NCBI GenBank assembly: GCA_964016885.1
Contig: OZ024740.1
Location: forward strand, 78,616,001-78,680,000
DNA length: 64,000 nt
Reading direction: 5' to 3'
From: Eledone cirrhosa
Taxonomy: Eukaryota
Under the pieces are notes generated by a model. The model did not search any database. It was not told the DNA's origin and was given only the letters and a program-made list of their open reading frames with translations. Positions 27,286-43,797 of this stretch are shown piece by piece. Made by a program: the position numbers and the translations under genes. The first letter of the stretch is position 1. Each line of letters opens with the position of its first letter.

Positions 27286-27638
27286 GACTTGTTCTTCTTT
27301 TTGGTAAATATCATCTTGGTTAAGAGAGTGGGACTGGCTTTGTGCAGTGCCTTTGCTCACTATAAAAACTTCACGGCACAGGCATTGCTTTATATCTGGA
27401 GATCTCTCTGCACTTGTCGTCACATGGTACCATGGGCCCAGCACTATGTGTCAATAATTGTCACATGTGTAGTGTTTGTACCAAAGTTTTCAAGTCGCTG
27501 GCCGGACTGAAAAGTCACACTCGTTCAGCGCATCGGTAGGAGTCCTCCTACATGGATATAAAGTAGTGGCCGTACTCGAAAACGAGTTGGCAGCCACCAT
27601 ATATATGTATATCTCGAAAACGAGTTGGCAGCCACCAT

Positions 27639-29357
<1,719 letters not shown>

Positions 29358-29409
29358 AAAATATTAAACAAATAATGAACAAACAATTCCTTATATTAAA
29401 CAAAAAAAG

Positions 29410-29564
29410 TTCACTATTTAACGATCGTTTCTAGGGCATATATGTGCTATAATTGGTATGCATATTTAACAGATCTATGTACAAAATTATACAAAATTAT
29501 ACAAATTATCAAGATTAAATATACATACCTAACACATATATACGCCGTCTTCAGAAATAATGAA
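29410..29564 (-). ncRNA. Type I hammerhead-like ribozyme with long helix II
   Basis: Mirror copy of 32195-32349. Confidence 0.7.
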
Positions 29565-30333
29565 GTATATTTATTGATAATAACAACAATTCAAAATATC
29601 AGTTCAAAATTGACCAATGAAAACACAAAGGGTTAAAAAGCAGTTTGGTGTGTGTATATACATGTAAAACCCTACACACATTTTACAATAATGTGTGTAT
29701 AATATGTATGTGCATACTAAAAAGATGGATGCAAATAAAAAATTTCAAGGTTAATATCTCTGTAAGCTTAATGCGCTGATAAGAAACGCAATGATACTTA
29801 TGTAGTCAAGCATATAAATATATTTTTTTCATACTCACACATATCAGTATAATCACACATACATGTGCGTATATATATAAATATACACATAACCACGAAC
29901 ACACAAACACACACACACCCCCCACTCACATTTATATATGTGGATATAAAATCATAAGCAAATAGAAATTAAGTCACTCACATAAACACACTGGTACACA
30001 CATTTCAAGATCAAGATACAGAAATTAGGTGGGAGGGGGGGGGGAGGGGTCAGTATTAGGTTGTCAGACAGACAGCCTAATATAAATGTATCTATAAATT
30101 ATGAAAAATAAAAAAATAAAAACAATAAAATATATTACATATAATATAATGTACATACGCATACAGATATACATACACATACGTACATGTACGCGCACAT
30201 AGAGATATCTACACATACATACATACACACATACCTATACTGTCATACACACACATACATTTACACGAACATACACATACACATATAAAAAGATAAAAAT
30301 ACGGACACACACACGCGCAACACATACACACAT

Positions 30334-30372
<39 letters not shown>

Positions 30373-30759
30373 TATATACACACACACACATAGACTCATA
30401 TATATATACATACACATACATATACTTATACATAAACATATATATCCCACACTCATACCACCATGAAAACACATACAAACATCCAGATGTATATATATAC
30501 ACATATATATATATACATATATATATATATAAACATACACACACGTACACATATATGCATATATACATACATATATACACACATACACATATATATATAT
30601 ATACACACACACACATAAAATACAGACATGCACATATATATATATATATATATATATATACATTTCATTACCCTTATATATACACATAATATATATACTT
30701 ACACAACCTCACTTATACACATATACACATAAGTTATATTACAATAATAATAAAGAATA

Positions 30760-30790
<31 letters not shown>

Positions 30791-31062
30791 TATACACACA
30801 TATACACATATACATACATACACATACATATACATACATACATACACATACATACATACACCTAAATATAAACATATATAAATACACACATACGAATAAA
30901 GACATATATTCACACATAGACACCTATATACACATATATATATATATATATATATAATATATATATATATATCTATATACACACACATACACATACATAC
31001 ACATATATATATATATACACATATATACACACGCACACACATACAGACACACATACACACTC

Positions 31063-31108
<46 letters not shown>

Positions 31109-32194
31109 GAGTGTGCGCAAATACATACATATATATACACACACACATACAAACACACACAAACACATACATATGCATACATGCACACACACACACATAT
31201 ATCACATAGATACGAAGATAAACATATAAATAGAGAGACATACAAATATATACAGAACCCATATACACATACATGCAAACACGCATATACATATATACAT
31301 ATATACACACATATATATTCCTATATACAAGCATACACATACGCACACATATATACATATACCTACACATATATATACCACACATTCACATACACGTACA
31401 TATATAATACATATATATACATACATATACATACATATGTATGTACAATCATATATACACACTCAATCTTACATTCATATTTACATGCTCATATATGTAT
31501 TTTTATATCTAGAAATAAATACTAAAAAAACTATATAGACACCCATCTACCCAAATTCATACATATACACTTACAAAAACAGATGATAATAGTATGGGGG
31601 AAAGGGGGGGTTTGGAGAAGGGGATCAAAGTAAATATATGTTTCAAGAAACCTATAATATTTTCCATATCTTAATTCAATGTATGTTCTTACATATTTCA
31701 ATGCTAGGAAATACGAAATCTATGCATCACAAAATAAAAAAATATACCATTAATCATATGTCAACTAAACCAAAGATAGTCAACATATTGATTTCCAAGG
31801 TGTAAATTAGTTAGGTTTATAATATTTGAAGCAGAATTATGAAGTCAAACAGTAGTAGATTATTAATTACATTATAACTAAATTAAAGTTAATAATAGGG
31901 AAAAGAAACCCAAATAAAAATAAAATAAAGTATTACATCGGTAGTAGCATATAAATTATATGTTAACTAAGTTAAAAATTATATATTTATTTCAATAGTA
32001 TATGTTAATTAGTATATGTTAATTAGGTATACATTACATAAGTATGCACATACATATTATACACACATTATTGTAAAATGTGTGTAGGGTTTTACATGTA
32101 TATACACACACCAAACTGCTTTTTAACCCTTTGTGTTTTCATTGGTCAATTTTGAACTGATATTTTGAATTGTTGTTATTATCAATAAATATAC

Positions 32195-32349
32195 TTCATT
32201 ATTTCTGAAGACGGCGTATATATGTGTTAGGTATGTATATTTAATCTTGATAATTTGTATAATTTTGTATAATTTTGTACATAGATCTGTTAAATATGCA
32301 TACCAATTATAGCACATATATGCCCTAGAAACGATCGTTAAATAGTGAA
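32195..32349 (+). ncRNA. Type I hammerhead-like ribozyme with long helix II
   Basis: Helix I TTCATTATTT/AAATAGTGAA, CTGAAGA at 32205, ~115-nt hairpin, GAAA at 32328, palindromic helix III ACGATCGT, GUU triplet. Confidence 0.7.
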
Positions 32350-32537
32350 CTTTTTTTGTTTAATATAAGGAATTGTTTGTTCATTATTTGTTTAATATTT
32401 TATCTTGACTCTGTATACCGTTTATCTTTCACCGAAATTGGATTTTCATTACATCTCTTCTTTCCATGATATCCGGAATACATTGAGTTCTTCATACGGA
32501 TTGGACACTACCGTAAACTCTTGGTAGATTTATCTAC

Positions 32538-32590
32538 ATATATATATATGTATATATATATGTATATATATATATGTATATATATATATG

Positions 32591-32621
<31 letters not shown>

Positions 32622-32630
32622 GTATATATG

Positions 32631-32685
<55 letters not shown>

Positions 32686-32686
32686 G

Positions 32687-32731
<45 letters not shown>

Positions 32732-32732
32732 G

Positions 32733-32813
<81 letters not shown>

Positions 32814-32904
32814 GTATGTATATATATATATGTATATATATATATATGTATGTATATGTATATGTATATATGTATATATGTATATGTATATATATATTTA
32901 TATG

Positions 32905-32955
<51 letters not shown>

Positions 32956-33410
32956 GTATATGTATATATATATGTATATATATGTATATATATATGTATA
33001 TGTATATGTATATGTATATATATATGTATATATATATGTATATGTATATATATATGTATATGTATATATGTATATGTATATATGTATATATATATATGTG
33101 TATATGTATATATGTATATGTGTGTATATGTATATATGTATATGTATATATGTATATATATATGTGTATATGTATATATATATATATATGTATGTGTATA
33201 TATATATGTATATGTATATGTATATGTATATATATATGTATATGTATATATATATGTATATGTATATATATATATGTATATGTATATGTATATGTTTATG
33301 TATATATATATGTATATATATATGTATATATATATGTATATATATATGTATATATATATGTATATATGTGTATATATATATATATATGTGTGTATATATA
33401 TATATGTGTG

Positions 33411-33483
<73 letters not shown>

Positions 33484-33484
33484 G

Positions 33485-33529
<45 letters not shown>

Positions 33530-33866
33530 GTATATATATATATGTATATATATATATGTATATATATATATGTATGTATATATATGTATATATATATATG
33601 TATGTATATATATATATGTATATATATATATGTATGTATATATAATGTATATATATATATGTATGTATATATATATGTATATATATGTATGTATGTATAT
33701 ATATATGTATTTATATATATATATGTATATATATATATGTATATATATATATGTATATATATATATGTATATATATATATGTATATATATATATGATATA
33801 TATATATGTATATATATATATGTATATATATATATGTATATATATATATATGTATATATATATATG

Positions 33867-33949
<83 letters not shown>

Positions 33950-33972
33950 GTATATATATGTATATATATATG

Positions 33973-34003
<31 letters not shown>

Positions 34004-34014
34004 GTATATATATG

Positions 34015-34061
<47 letters not shown>

Positions 34062-34382
34062 GTATATATATATGTATATATATATATGTATATATATATG
34101 TATATATATATATATATGTATATATATGTATATATATATTTATATATATATGTATATATATATATGTATATATATATGTATATATATATATATATATGTA
34201 AATATATGTATATATATATATATATGTATATATATATGTATATATATATGTATATATATATATATATGTATATATATATGTATATATATATGTATATATA
34301 TATATGTATATATATGTATATATATATGTATATATATATGTATATATATGTATATATATATATGTATATGTATATATATATG

Positions 34383-34427
<45 letters not shown>

Positions 34428-34429
34428 GT

Positions 34430-34461
<32 letters not shown>

Positions 34462-34706
34462 GTATATGTATATAGTATATATATGTATAATATATGTATA
34501 TATATGTATATATATATGTATATATATATATATATGTATATATATATGTATATATATGTATATATATGTATATATATATATGTATATATATATATATTAT
34601 ATATATATATGTATATATGTATATATATGTAATATATGTATATATGTATATATATATATATATATGTATATATATGTATATATATATATATATATGTATA
34701 TATATG

Positions 34707-34737
<31 letters not shown>

Positions 34738-34991
34738 GTATATATATATATAGATATGTATATATATATATATATATGTATATATATGTATATATATATA
34801 TATATGTATATATATGTATATAATATATATATATATGTATATGTTGTATATATATATATATATATGTATATATATGTATATATATATAATATATGTATAT
34901 ATATGTATATATATTATATATATGTATATATATATATATATATGTATATATATGTATATATATATATATATGTATATATATGTATATATAT

Positions 34992-35025
<34 letters not shown>

Positions 35026-35064
35026 GTATATGTATTTATATATATATATATATGTATATATATG

Positions 35065-35100
<36 letters not shown>

Positions 35101-35276
35101 TGTATATATATGTATATATATATATATATATGTATATATATGTATATGTATATATATATGTATATATATATGTATATATATATATATATGTATATATATA
35201 TGTATATATAATTATATATATGTATATATATATGTATATATAATATTATATGTATATATATATGTATGTATTTATA

Positions 35277-35319
<43 letters not shown>

Positions 35320-35403
35320 GTATATATATATATATATGTATATATTATATATATATATGTATATATATATGTATATTATATATATATGTAATATATATGT
35401 ATG

Positions 35404-35441
<38 letters not shown>

Positions 35442-35450
35442 GTATGTATG

Positions 35451-35483
<33 letters not shown>

Positions 35484-35518
35484 GTATGTATGTATATGTA
35501 TATATATATGTATGTATG

Positions 35519-35583
<65 letters not shown>

Positions 35584-35587
35584 TATG

Positions 35588-35624
<37 letters not shown>

Positions 35625-35625
35625 G

Positions 35626-35660
<35 letters not shown>

Positions 35661-36077
35661 GTATGTATATACATATATATATATGTATATATATATGTAT
35701 ATATGTATATATATATGTATGTATATACTATATATATATGTATATATATATGTATATATATATGTATATATGTATATATATATGTATATATATATGTATA
35801 TATGTATATATATATGTATATATATATGTATATATGTATATATATATGTATATATATATGTGTATATATATGTATATATATGTATATATATATATATATG
35901 TATATATATATGTATATATTATGTATATATATATGTATATATATATGGTATATATTATGATATATATATATATATGTATATATATGTATATATATATGTA
36001 ATATATGTATATATATATATATATATGTATATATATGTATATATATATATATATGTATATATATATGTATATATATG

Positions 36078-36108
<31 letters not shown>

Positions 36109-36400
36109 GTACTATATATATATATATGTATATATATGTATATATATTATATATATGTATATATATGTTGTATATATATGTGTATATATATGTATAAATA
36201 TATGTATATATATATGTAAACTATGACTAACTATCTGTGTATATATATATGTATATATATATGTGTATATATATGTATATATATATGTATATATATGTAT
36301 ATATATATGTATATATATATGTATATATATATTGTAATATATATATATGTATATATGTATATATATATGTATTATATATATATGTATTATATATATACTA
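32538..36400. repeat. 3.9-kb (TA)n/TG compound microsatellite
   Basis: Directly visible. Degenerates toward the right end. Confidence 0.97.
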
Positions 36401-36661
36401 TAAATATACCATTCCTTGTCAATAAGTTTGGTATGACAAGGAATGGTATGCCATCCGGAACCTGTTTATGGAATTCTGTCTGCCTTTGTCACTCTAAAAA
36501 CATAAATAATATAAATAAAAATAAAAATTAACTATAGCTTTGTAGAATTAGCTTTTAATGAATTCCCTTTTCTATCAACCAATGACCTGCACCCATCCCA
36601 CTCCCCACCCTCTCCTACCACTTGTAGAGACCTATAAATACCATATTTATTTTTGATACCC

Positions 36662-36712
36662 AGATTCCTGATGATTTCTAATGAATGAAACAGTTCTAGT
36701 CCTGTAGAATCT
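36662..36712 (+). ncRNA. Type I hammerhead ribozyme in a ~390-bp unique island (36405-36797)
   Basis: AGATTC-CTGATGA-T-TTC(TAAT)GAA-T-GAAA-CAG(TTCTAGTC)CTG-TA-GAATCT. All three helices pair, GUA triplet. Confidence 0.85.
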
Positions 36713-36877
36713 CATCTATATTAAAACTGTTATACTCTGCCATGTATTGAGTACCTTACTTACTGTGGTTACCTCCGATTCAACCCGGAATAGCGTACAT
36801 ATATATATATAATATATACATATATATATACATATATATATATATACATATATATATTATATATATATATATATATA

Positions 36878-38525
<1,648 letters not shown>

Positions 38526-38559
38526 ATATATATATACACATATATATATATATACACAT

Positions 38560-39178
38560 CATCATCATCATCATCATTTTACGTCCGCTTTACCCTGCTT
38601 GCAAGGGTGGGACGGGTCTTATTCATCACATCATCTCTCCACTCGTCACTGTCCCTCGTCGTCTCCACCGTGAGCTTCAATGATCTTAGGTCTGTTCTCA
38701 CCACCTCCGCCCATGTTTTTTGTGGTCTACCTCTACCACGTCTTCCTTCAACTGGCATTTCCTGGCACTTTTTCACCCATCGGTTATCCTCCATGCGCAT
38801 CACATGTCCATACCACCTCAGTCTCCTCTCCCTTACACTACATTCTATCCCTCTCAGACACAGTTTCTCTCTCAACACATTTATGCTGGGTCGTTCACGC
38901 ACATTTACACTGCACATCCAACGGAGCATGCTTGCCTCATTTCTCTCCAGCCGTCGCATATCCTCTGCAGTTGCTGCCCATGTCTCGCTACCATGCAGCA
39001 TCGCGCTCCTCACACAGGCATCATACAACCGGCCTTTCGTACGCAGAGAGAAACCCTTCTTCGTCAACAGAGGAAGCAGCCCCCTAAACTTCTTCCAACC
39101 CGTCCTTATTCTAGATACTATGGCCTCGGAACACCCTCCTCCCATGCTAATCTGATCTCCTAGGTACCGGAAGCTATC

Positions 39179-39180
<2 letters not shown>
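38560..39180 (-). mobile_element. RTE LINE (subfamily C) 3' fragment
   Basis: VDSFRYLGD...MLHGSETW...[11 protein letters not shown]...GRGRPQKTW. The ORF runs into the (GAT)n tail. Confidence 0.9.
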
Positions 39181-39213
<33 letters not shown>

Positions 39214-39214
<1 letters not shown>

Positions 39215-39993
39215 CAATATATTTAGAAACACACAGATACATGCGGACATATACATGAATGCATCCACACCCAACCGTGAGTTAAGGGTGCCAACCTCAC
39301 CGATGTTGCTCAATGAATGACTGGGACAGACCAATCCGGTTGAACTAGACTGAACCAGTATCAGAGTTAAAAATACATTATGAAGAGAGAAGAAACATTT
39401 AGATATAATTAGTAATAAAATGTATCATACCTAAACTGCTCCTAGATTCCTCGACTACGTAGTTTCGTGGCATAAACAAAAACAATACATCATAAAGATA
39501 TAGAGTCCTTGCGAGGTCTGCCGACTTATCAAGAGGATACCTCATTTTACTAGCCTCAAGAACGCGTCTACACGACATGAGAAAGAATCCCAAAAGGCGG
39601 AGGGGGAGATAGTCACGCGATATAACGGTCGAGAAACAGAGCTAAGCCTCTTATAACCCCGAAGAAAATACCACGGAGGCGGAGGGGGTATTCATATCGA
39701 AGCCGTAGAAGAGGTGGTGAAGGAGGCGAGAAGTATGAGTAATGGCTGCTTTCCAGCAGTCACCACACTTCAAAGATTACTCGACCAGAGGGAGTTATTA
39801 ACAATATATTTAGAAACACACAGATACATGCGGACACACACATATACATGAATGCATCCACACCCAACCGTGAGTTAAGGGTGCCAACCTCACCGATGTT
39901 GCTCAATGAATGACTGGGACAGACCAATCCGGTTGAACTAGACTGAACCAGTATCAGAGTTAAAAATACATTATGAAGAGAGAAGAAACATTT
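39214..39993 (+). mobile_element. TRIM-like element: ~190-bp direct repeats (39214-39400, 39801-39993) around a 400-bp core
   Basis: Near-identical direct repeats ending ...AAACA. Purine tract agagggag before the second repeat. No PBS seen. Confidence 0.5.
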
Positions 39994-40560
39994 TTTATCC
40001 ACACGCCACCCACACCCACAACACGCTTAAACCACACACACGTGCTTCCCACCACATATTTACACCCTCAGCCCCCTGATTCCTCTCCCCCCTACCCCCC
40101 TATCCACACACGCACAGACCCTCCGACCCACAAAAACACCCCCCACACACACCTTCCTGAACATGCAACCCCGTTCTTCCCCCAACCCTCACTTTCACAT
40201 ACACACACGCACACCTAACCACACACACCACCTTCAGCCCTCCCCGCTCGGACACCCCGTCTCCCTCTCCCCACTCCACCCGCCACCACCTCTACTCACC
40301 CCACACCCTTCCACCACCTGTTTACCCCCCTTTTAATTTCAGTTTATTTTGATCATGCCTTTATTTTTAAATGTTCTCATTCCTTCTATTTTGATCATGC
40401 CTTTATTTTTAAATTTTCTCATTCCTTGTATTTTGATCATGCTTTATTTTTATTTATTATTTATTATATTTTTGTCTTTATTTGTTAATTTTTCATTCGC
40501 ACCGTTTCCTTTCGCTATATGTCTCTCCACCACTCCCCTACACACCTTTTGAACTCTCAC

Positions 40561-40590
40561 CTGAAGAAGGGCCTATGCCCAAAACGTCGT
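40561..40590 (+). ncRNA. Relic Penelope-type hammerhead (GAAA mutated to AAAA)
   Basis: CTGAAGA-A-GGGC(CTAT)GCCC-AAAAC-GTCGTC, with AATAAA downstream and then (TA)n. Confidence 0.55.
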
Positions 40591-40674
40591 CCCCCACCTA
40601 CCCCCCACTCTCCTGAACGTGAATTTAATAAACATTTATCATACTGCCTCTGTTCTGTCCCTGTTCAATTTTTC

Positions 40675-40748
<74 letters not shown>

Positions 40749-40761
40749 TATATATATATAT

Positions 40762-40849
<88 letters not shown>

Positions 40850-40851
40850 TC

Positions 40852-40978
<127 letters not shown>

Positions 40979-41019
40979 TATATATATATATATACACATA
41001 TATATACATATATATACTC

Positions 41020-41078
<59 letters not shown>

Positions 41079-41087
41079 TATATACAC

Positions 41088-41118
<31 letters not shown>

Positions 41119-41123
41119 TATAT

Positions 41124-41196
<73 letters not shown>

Positions 41197-41239
41197 TATA
41201 TATATATACACACATATATATATATATACACACATATAT

Positions 41240-43709
41240 ATCATCATCATCATCATCATCACCGTTTTACGTCCGTTCTTCCACGCTAGCATGGGTTAGA
41301 CGGGTTGTCCTGTTGTGGGCAGTGTCTGGTCGGCTGACCATGCCTTGCTCATACAGGAACTGATCTGGCTTGATTTCTACAGCTGGATGCCCTTCCTAAC
41401 ACCAACCTCATTTACAGTGAGTGCTGGGTGCTTTTTCGTGGCGCCTACACGTCCACTTTACAGTGTGGGCTGGGTGCTTTTTTGCCGTGGCACCTCCACG
41501 ACCACCTTGCGGTGGGGGGGGGGGGGGGCATATTGTTTATATGCTTCAGCATGTACCCATGGGAGGTCGAGTACCCTGTATTACTGCGTGACGCCAGAAG
41601 TCACGGTCGTGTGTCATTGACTTTGAGAGGTGTAGTTGGGTAAGGTCGGCTTTTATCACCTCATCCCAAGTCATCTTGGGTCTCCCCACTCCGCGGTTTC
41701 CATCAACTTCTAGTGCTCTGCACCTTTTTATGCAGCTGTCATCCTTCATACGCATCACATGTCCATACCAGCGTAACCGCCTCTCCTGCACGCAGCATTT
41801 GATTCCTCTTATGCTCAGTCTCTCTCTCAATTCATTTATGCTTTGTCGTTCACGTATATTACTGTTACACATCCATCGGAGCATGCAGGCTTCGTTTCTC
41901 TCTAATCTACGTAAGTCTTCCACCTTCAGCGCCCAGGTCTCACTACCATGCAACATCGCTGTTCGGATACACGCATCATACAGTCTGCCTTTCATTCTGA
42001 GGGAGAAGCCTTTTGCAGCTAGCAGTGGTAGTAGTTCCCTAAACTTCTTCCATCCCGTTCTTACCCTAGTTATTGTACTTTCTGAGCACCCACCTCCGTT
42101 GCTAATTCGGTCACCTAGGTAGCAGAAGCTGTCTACTGTTTCTACAGGGCCCTCCCAGAGATTGGTGGTACTTGTTTCCTGTGGCTGTTTGCTTGCTGTT
42201 TCAGCACAGCTGCTGCATGTGAATCCTACATTCTTAATTAAGCTTCCTGAGATCCCGCTACATCTCTTGTGTACCCATTGTTTGCATTTGGGGCAAAGAA
42301 TGGAGTTCCTACCTACACCTTTCCTACATACTGAGCAAGGCCATTTCCCTGAGGGGATCTGGGTTCTGTTTTCTCGTCTACTTATAAGGACCTTAGTCTT
42401 TGTCATGTTGACTTTGAGGCCCTTTCTCTCTAGTCCCTGCTTCCAGGTTTGGAATTTATTCTCTAGTTCTACCATAGATTCAGCTATGAGTGCGAGGTCA
42501 TCAGCATACAGGAGTTCCCATGGGCATCCGGTCTTAAACTCCTCCGTTATTGCCTGCAGGACTATGATGAACAGGAGAGGGCTAAGAACAGAGCCCTGGT
42601 GGACCCCAACCTGTACGCTAAATTCCTCGCTATACTCATTGCCAATCCTAACTTTGCTGACTGCTCCCCTATACATGGCTTGTACCGCTTTCACAAGCCA
42701 TTCATCTACTCCTAGTTTTCTAAGAGCCCACCAGATTACTGCACGTGGAACTCTGTCAAAGGCTTTCTCAAGGTCGACAAATGCCAAGTAGAGTGGCTTA
42801 CTTTTAGCTAGGTACTTTTCCTGTAATTGCCTCACAAGGAAGAGCGCATCAGTGGTGCCTTTCCCTGGTACAAACCCAAATTGCATCTCGTCTATATTCA
42901 CCCGGTCCCTAATCAGCTGTGCTATAACTCTTTCTGTTACTTTCATGACCTGGTCCATCAACTTTATACCTCTATAGTTTCCTCTATCTAGTGCATCGCC
43001 TTTACCTTTGTAGCAGTTGACAATGATGCTACTGCACCAATCTTTTGGTATGGCCCCCTCTAGTATTACCTGGTTAACGATACGTGTGGTTATAGTGTGA
43101 CCTACAGACCCAGATGCCTTCAGCATCTCGGCAGCTATACCCGATGGACCGGTTGCCTTCCCTATCTTCATATCTCTGATTGCCTTACTTACTACGCTGC
43201 CGCTGACTTGTACTGCTGGTCCCTCTATAGGGTCTACGTGGGGTAGGGTCTCTTCTTCCCATGCATTCTCCTCATTTAGTAATCTATCATAATGACTCTT
43301 CCATGCATCTTTCTTCTCAGCACTTGTGAGGGCAAGCTCACCTTTATCATTCCGGATACACTTCTCTCCAATGACATCACAACTATCTCTGACACACTGC
43401 CTCGCAATCTTGAATACCTCCTGTTTCTGGTCCTCACGTTGTAAAACATGCTTGAATTTTCTATCCTCTGCTTCCCTCCTAGCTAAGTATACTTGTCGCC
43501 TAGCTTCCCTCTTGGTCTCTATGTAATGTACCCTGCTCCCCCCGTTCTTCCATTCTTTCCATGCCTGTCTCTTGGCCTTGACTGCTTCATCTACCTTATT
43601 GTTCCACCACCAAGTCACTCTCCTCCTGCTTGAGGTCTTACTCCAGCCACAAACCTCATCCGTCGCCTCTAGTAAGTTATTTTTTAGGAACTCCCAGTTC
43701 TCTTCTACG

Positions 43710-43710
<1 letters not shown>
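41240..43710 (-). mobile_element. 5'-truncated RTE LINE (subfamily B)
   Basis: Uninterrupted RT-containing frame, 3' UTR, (GAT)n tail. (TA)n at both ends. Confidence 0.93.
41546..43618 (-). CDS. RTE reverse transcriptase, N-terminally truncated (no APE domain)
   Basis: NYRGIKL, QFGF, FVDLEKAFDRV, GVHQGSVLSPLLF, LYADDL, PHD-like insert, RRLRWYGHV. Confidence 0.9.
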   Translation of the reverse strand: MTWWWNNKVDEAVKAKRQAWKEWKNGGSRVHYIETKREARRQVYLARREAEDRKFKHVLQREDQKQEVFKIARQCVRDSCDVIGEKCIRNDKGELALTSAEKKDAWKSHYDRLLNEENAWEEETLPHVDPIEGPAVQVSGSVVSKAIRDMKIGKATGPSGIAAEMLKASGSVGHTITTRIVNQVILEGAIPKDWCSSIIVNCYKGKGDALDRGNYRGIKLMDQVMKVTERVIAQLIRDRVNIDEMQFGFVPGKGTTDALFLVRQLQEKYLAKSKPLYLAFVDLEKAFDRVPRAVIWWALRKLGVDEWLVKAVQAMYRGAVSKVRIGNEYSEEFSVQVGVHQGSVLSPLLFIIVLQAITEEFKTGCPWELLYADDLALIAESMVELENKFQTWKQGLERKGLKVNMTKTKVLISRRENRTQIPSGKWPCSVCRKGVGRNSILCPKCKQWVHKRCSGISGSLIKNVGFTCSSCAETASKQPQETSTTNLWEGPVETVDSFCYLGDRISNGGGCSESTITRVRTGWKKFRELLPLLAAKGFSLRMKGRLYDACIRTAMLHGSETWALKVEDLRRLERNEACMLRWMCNSNIRERQSINELRERLSIRGIKCCVQERRLRWYGHVMRMKDDSCIKRCRALEVDGNRGVGRPKMTWDEVIKADLTQLHLSKSMTHDRDFWRHAVIQGTRPPMGTC

Positions 43711-43766
<56 letters not shown>

Positions 43767-43797
43767 TATATATATATATATACACATATATATATAT

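Larger units (their letters stand above)
29358..32540. mobile_element. Penelope-like non-coding relic with ~361-bp inverted repeat arms (29358-29718 / 32041-32401)
   Basis: Arms appear identical (the same 64-aa ORF is called on both strands). Each carries a hammerhead motif, and the element is flanked by (TA)n arrays. Confidence 0.7.

Noticed and set aside
27560-27600. HDV-like ribozyme on the minus strand (GGTGGCT/GGCCACT P1)
   Set aside because: Only a simple hairpin lies between the strands, with no P2/P3 pseudoknot.
29442-32317. Duplicated 64-aa gene on opposite strands
   Set aside because: A chance ORF antisense to the hammerhead within the inverted repeat, AT-rich and with no domain.
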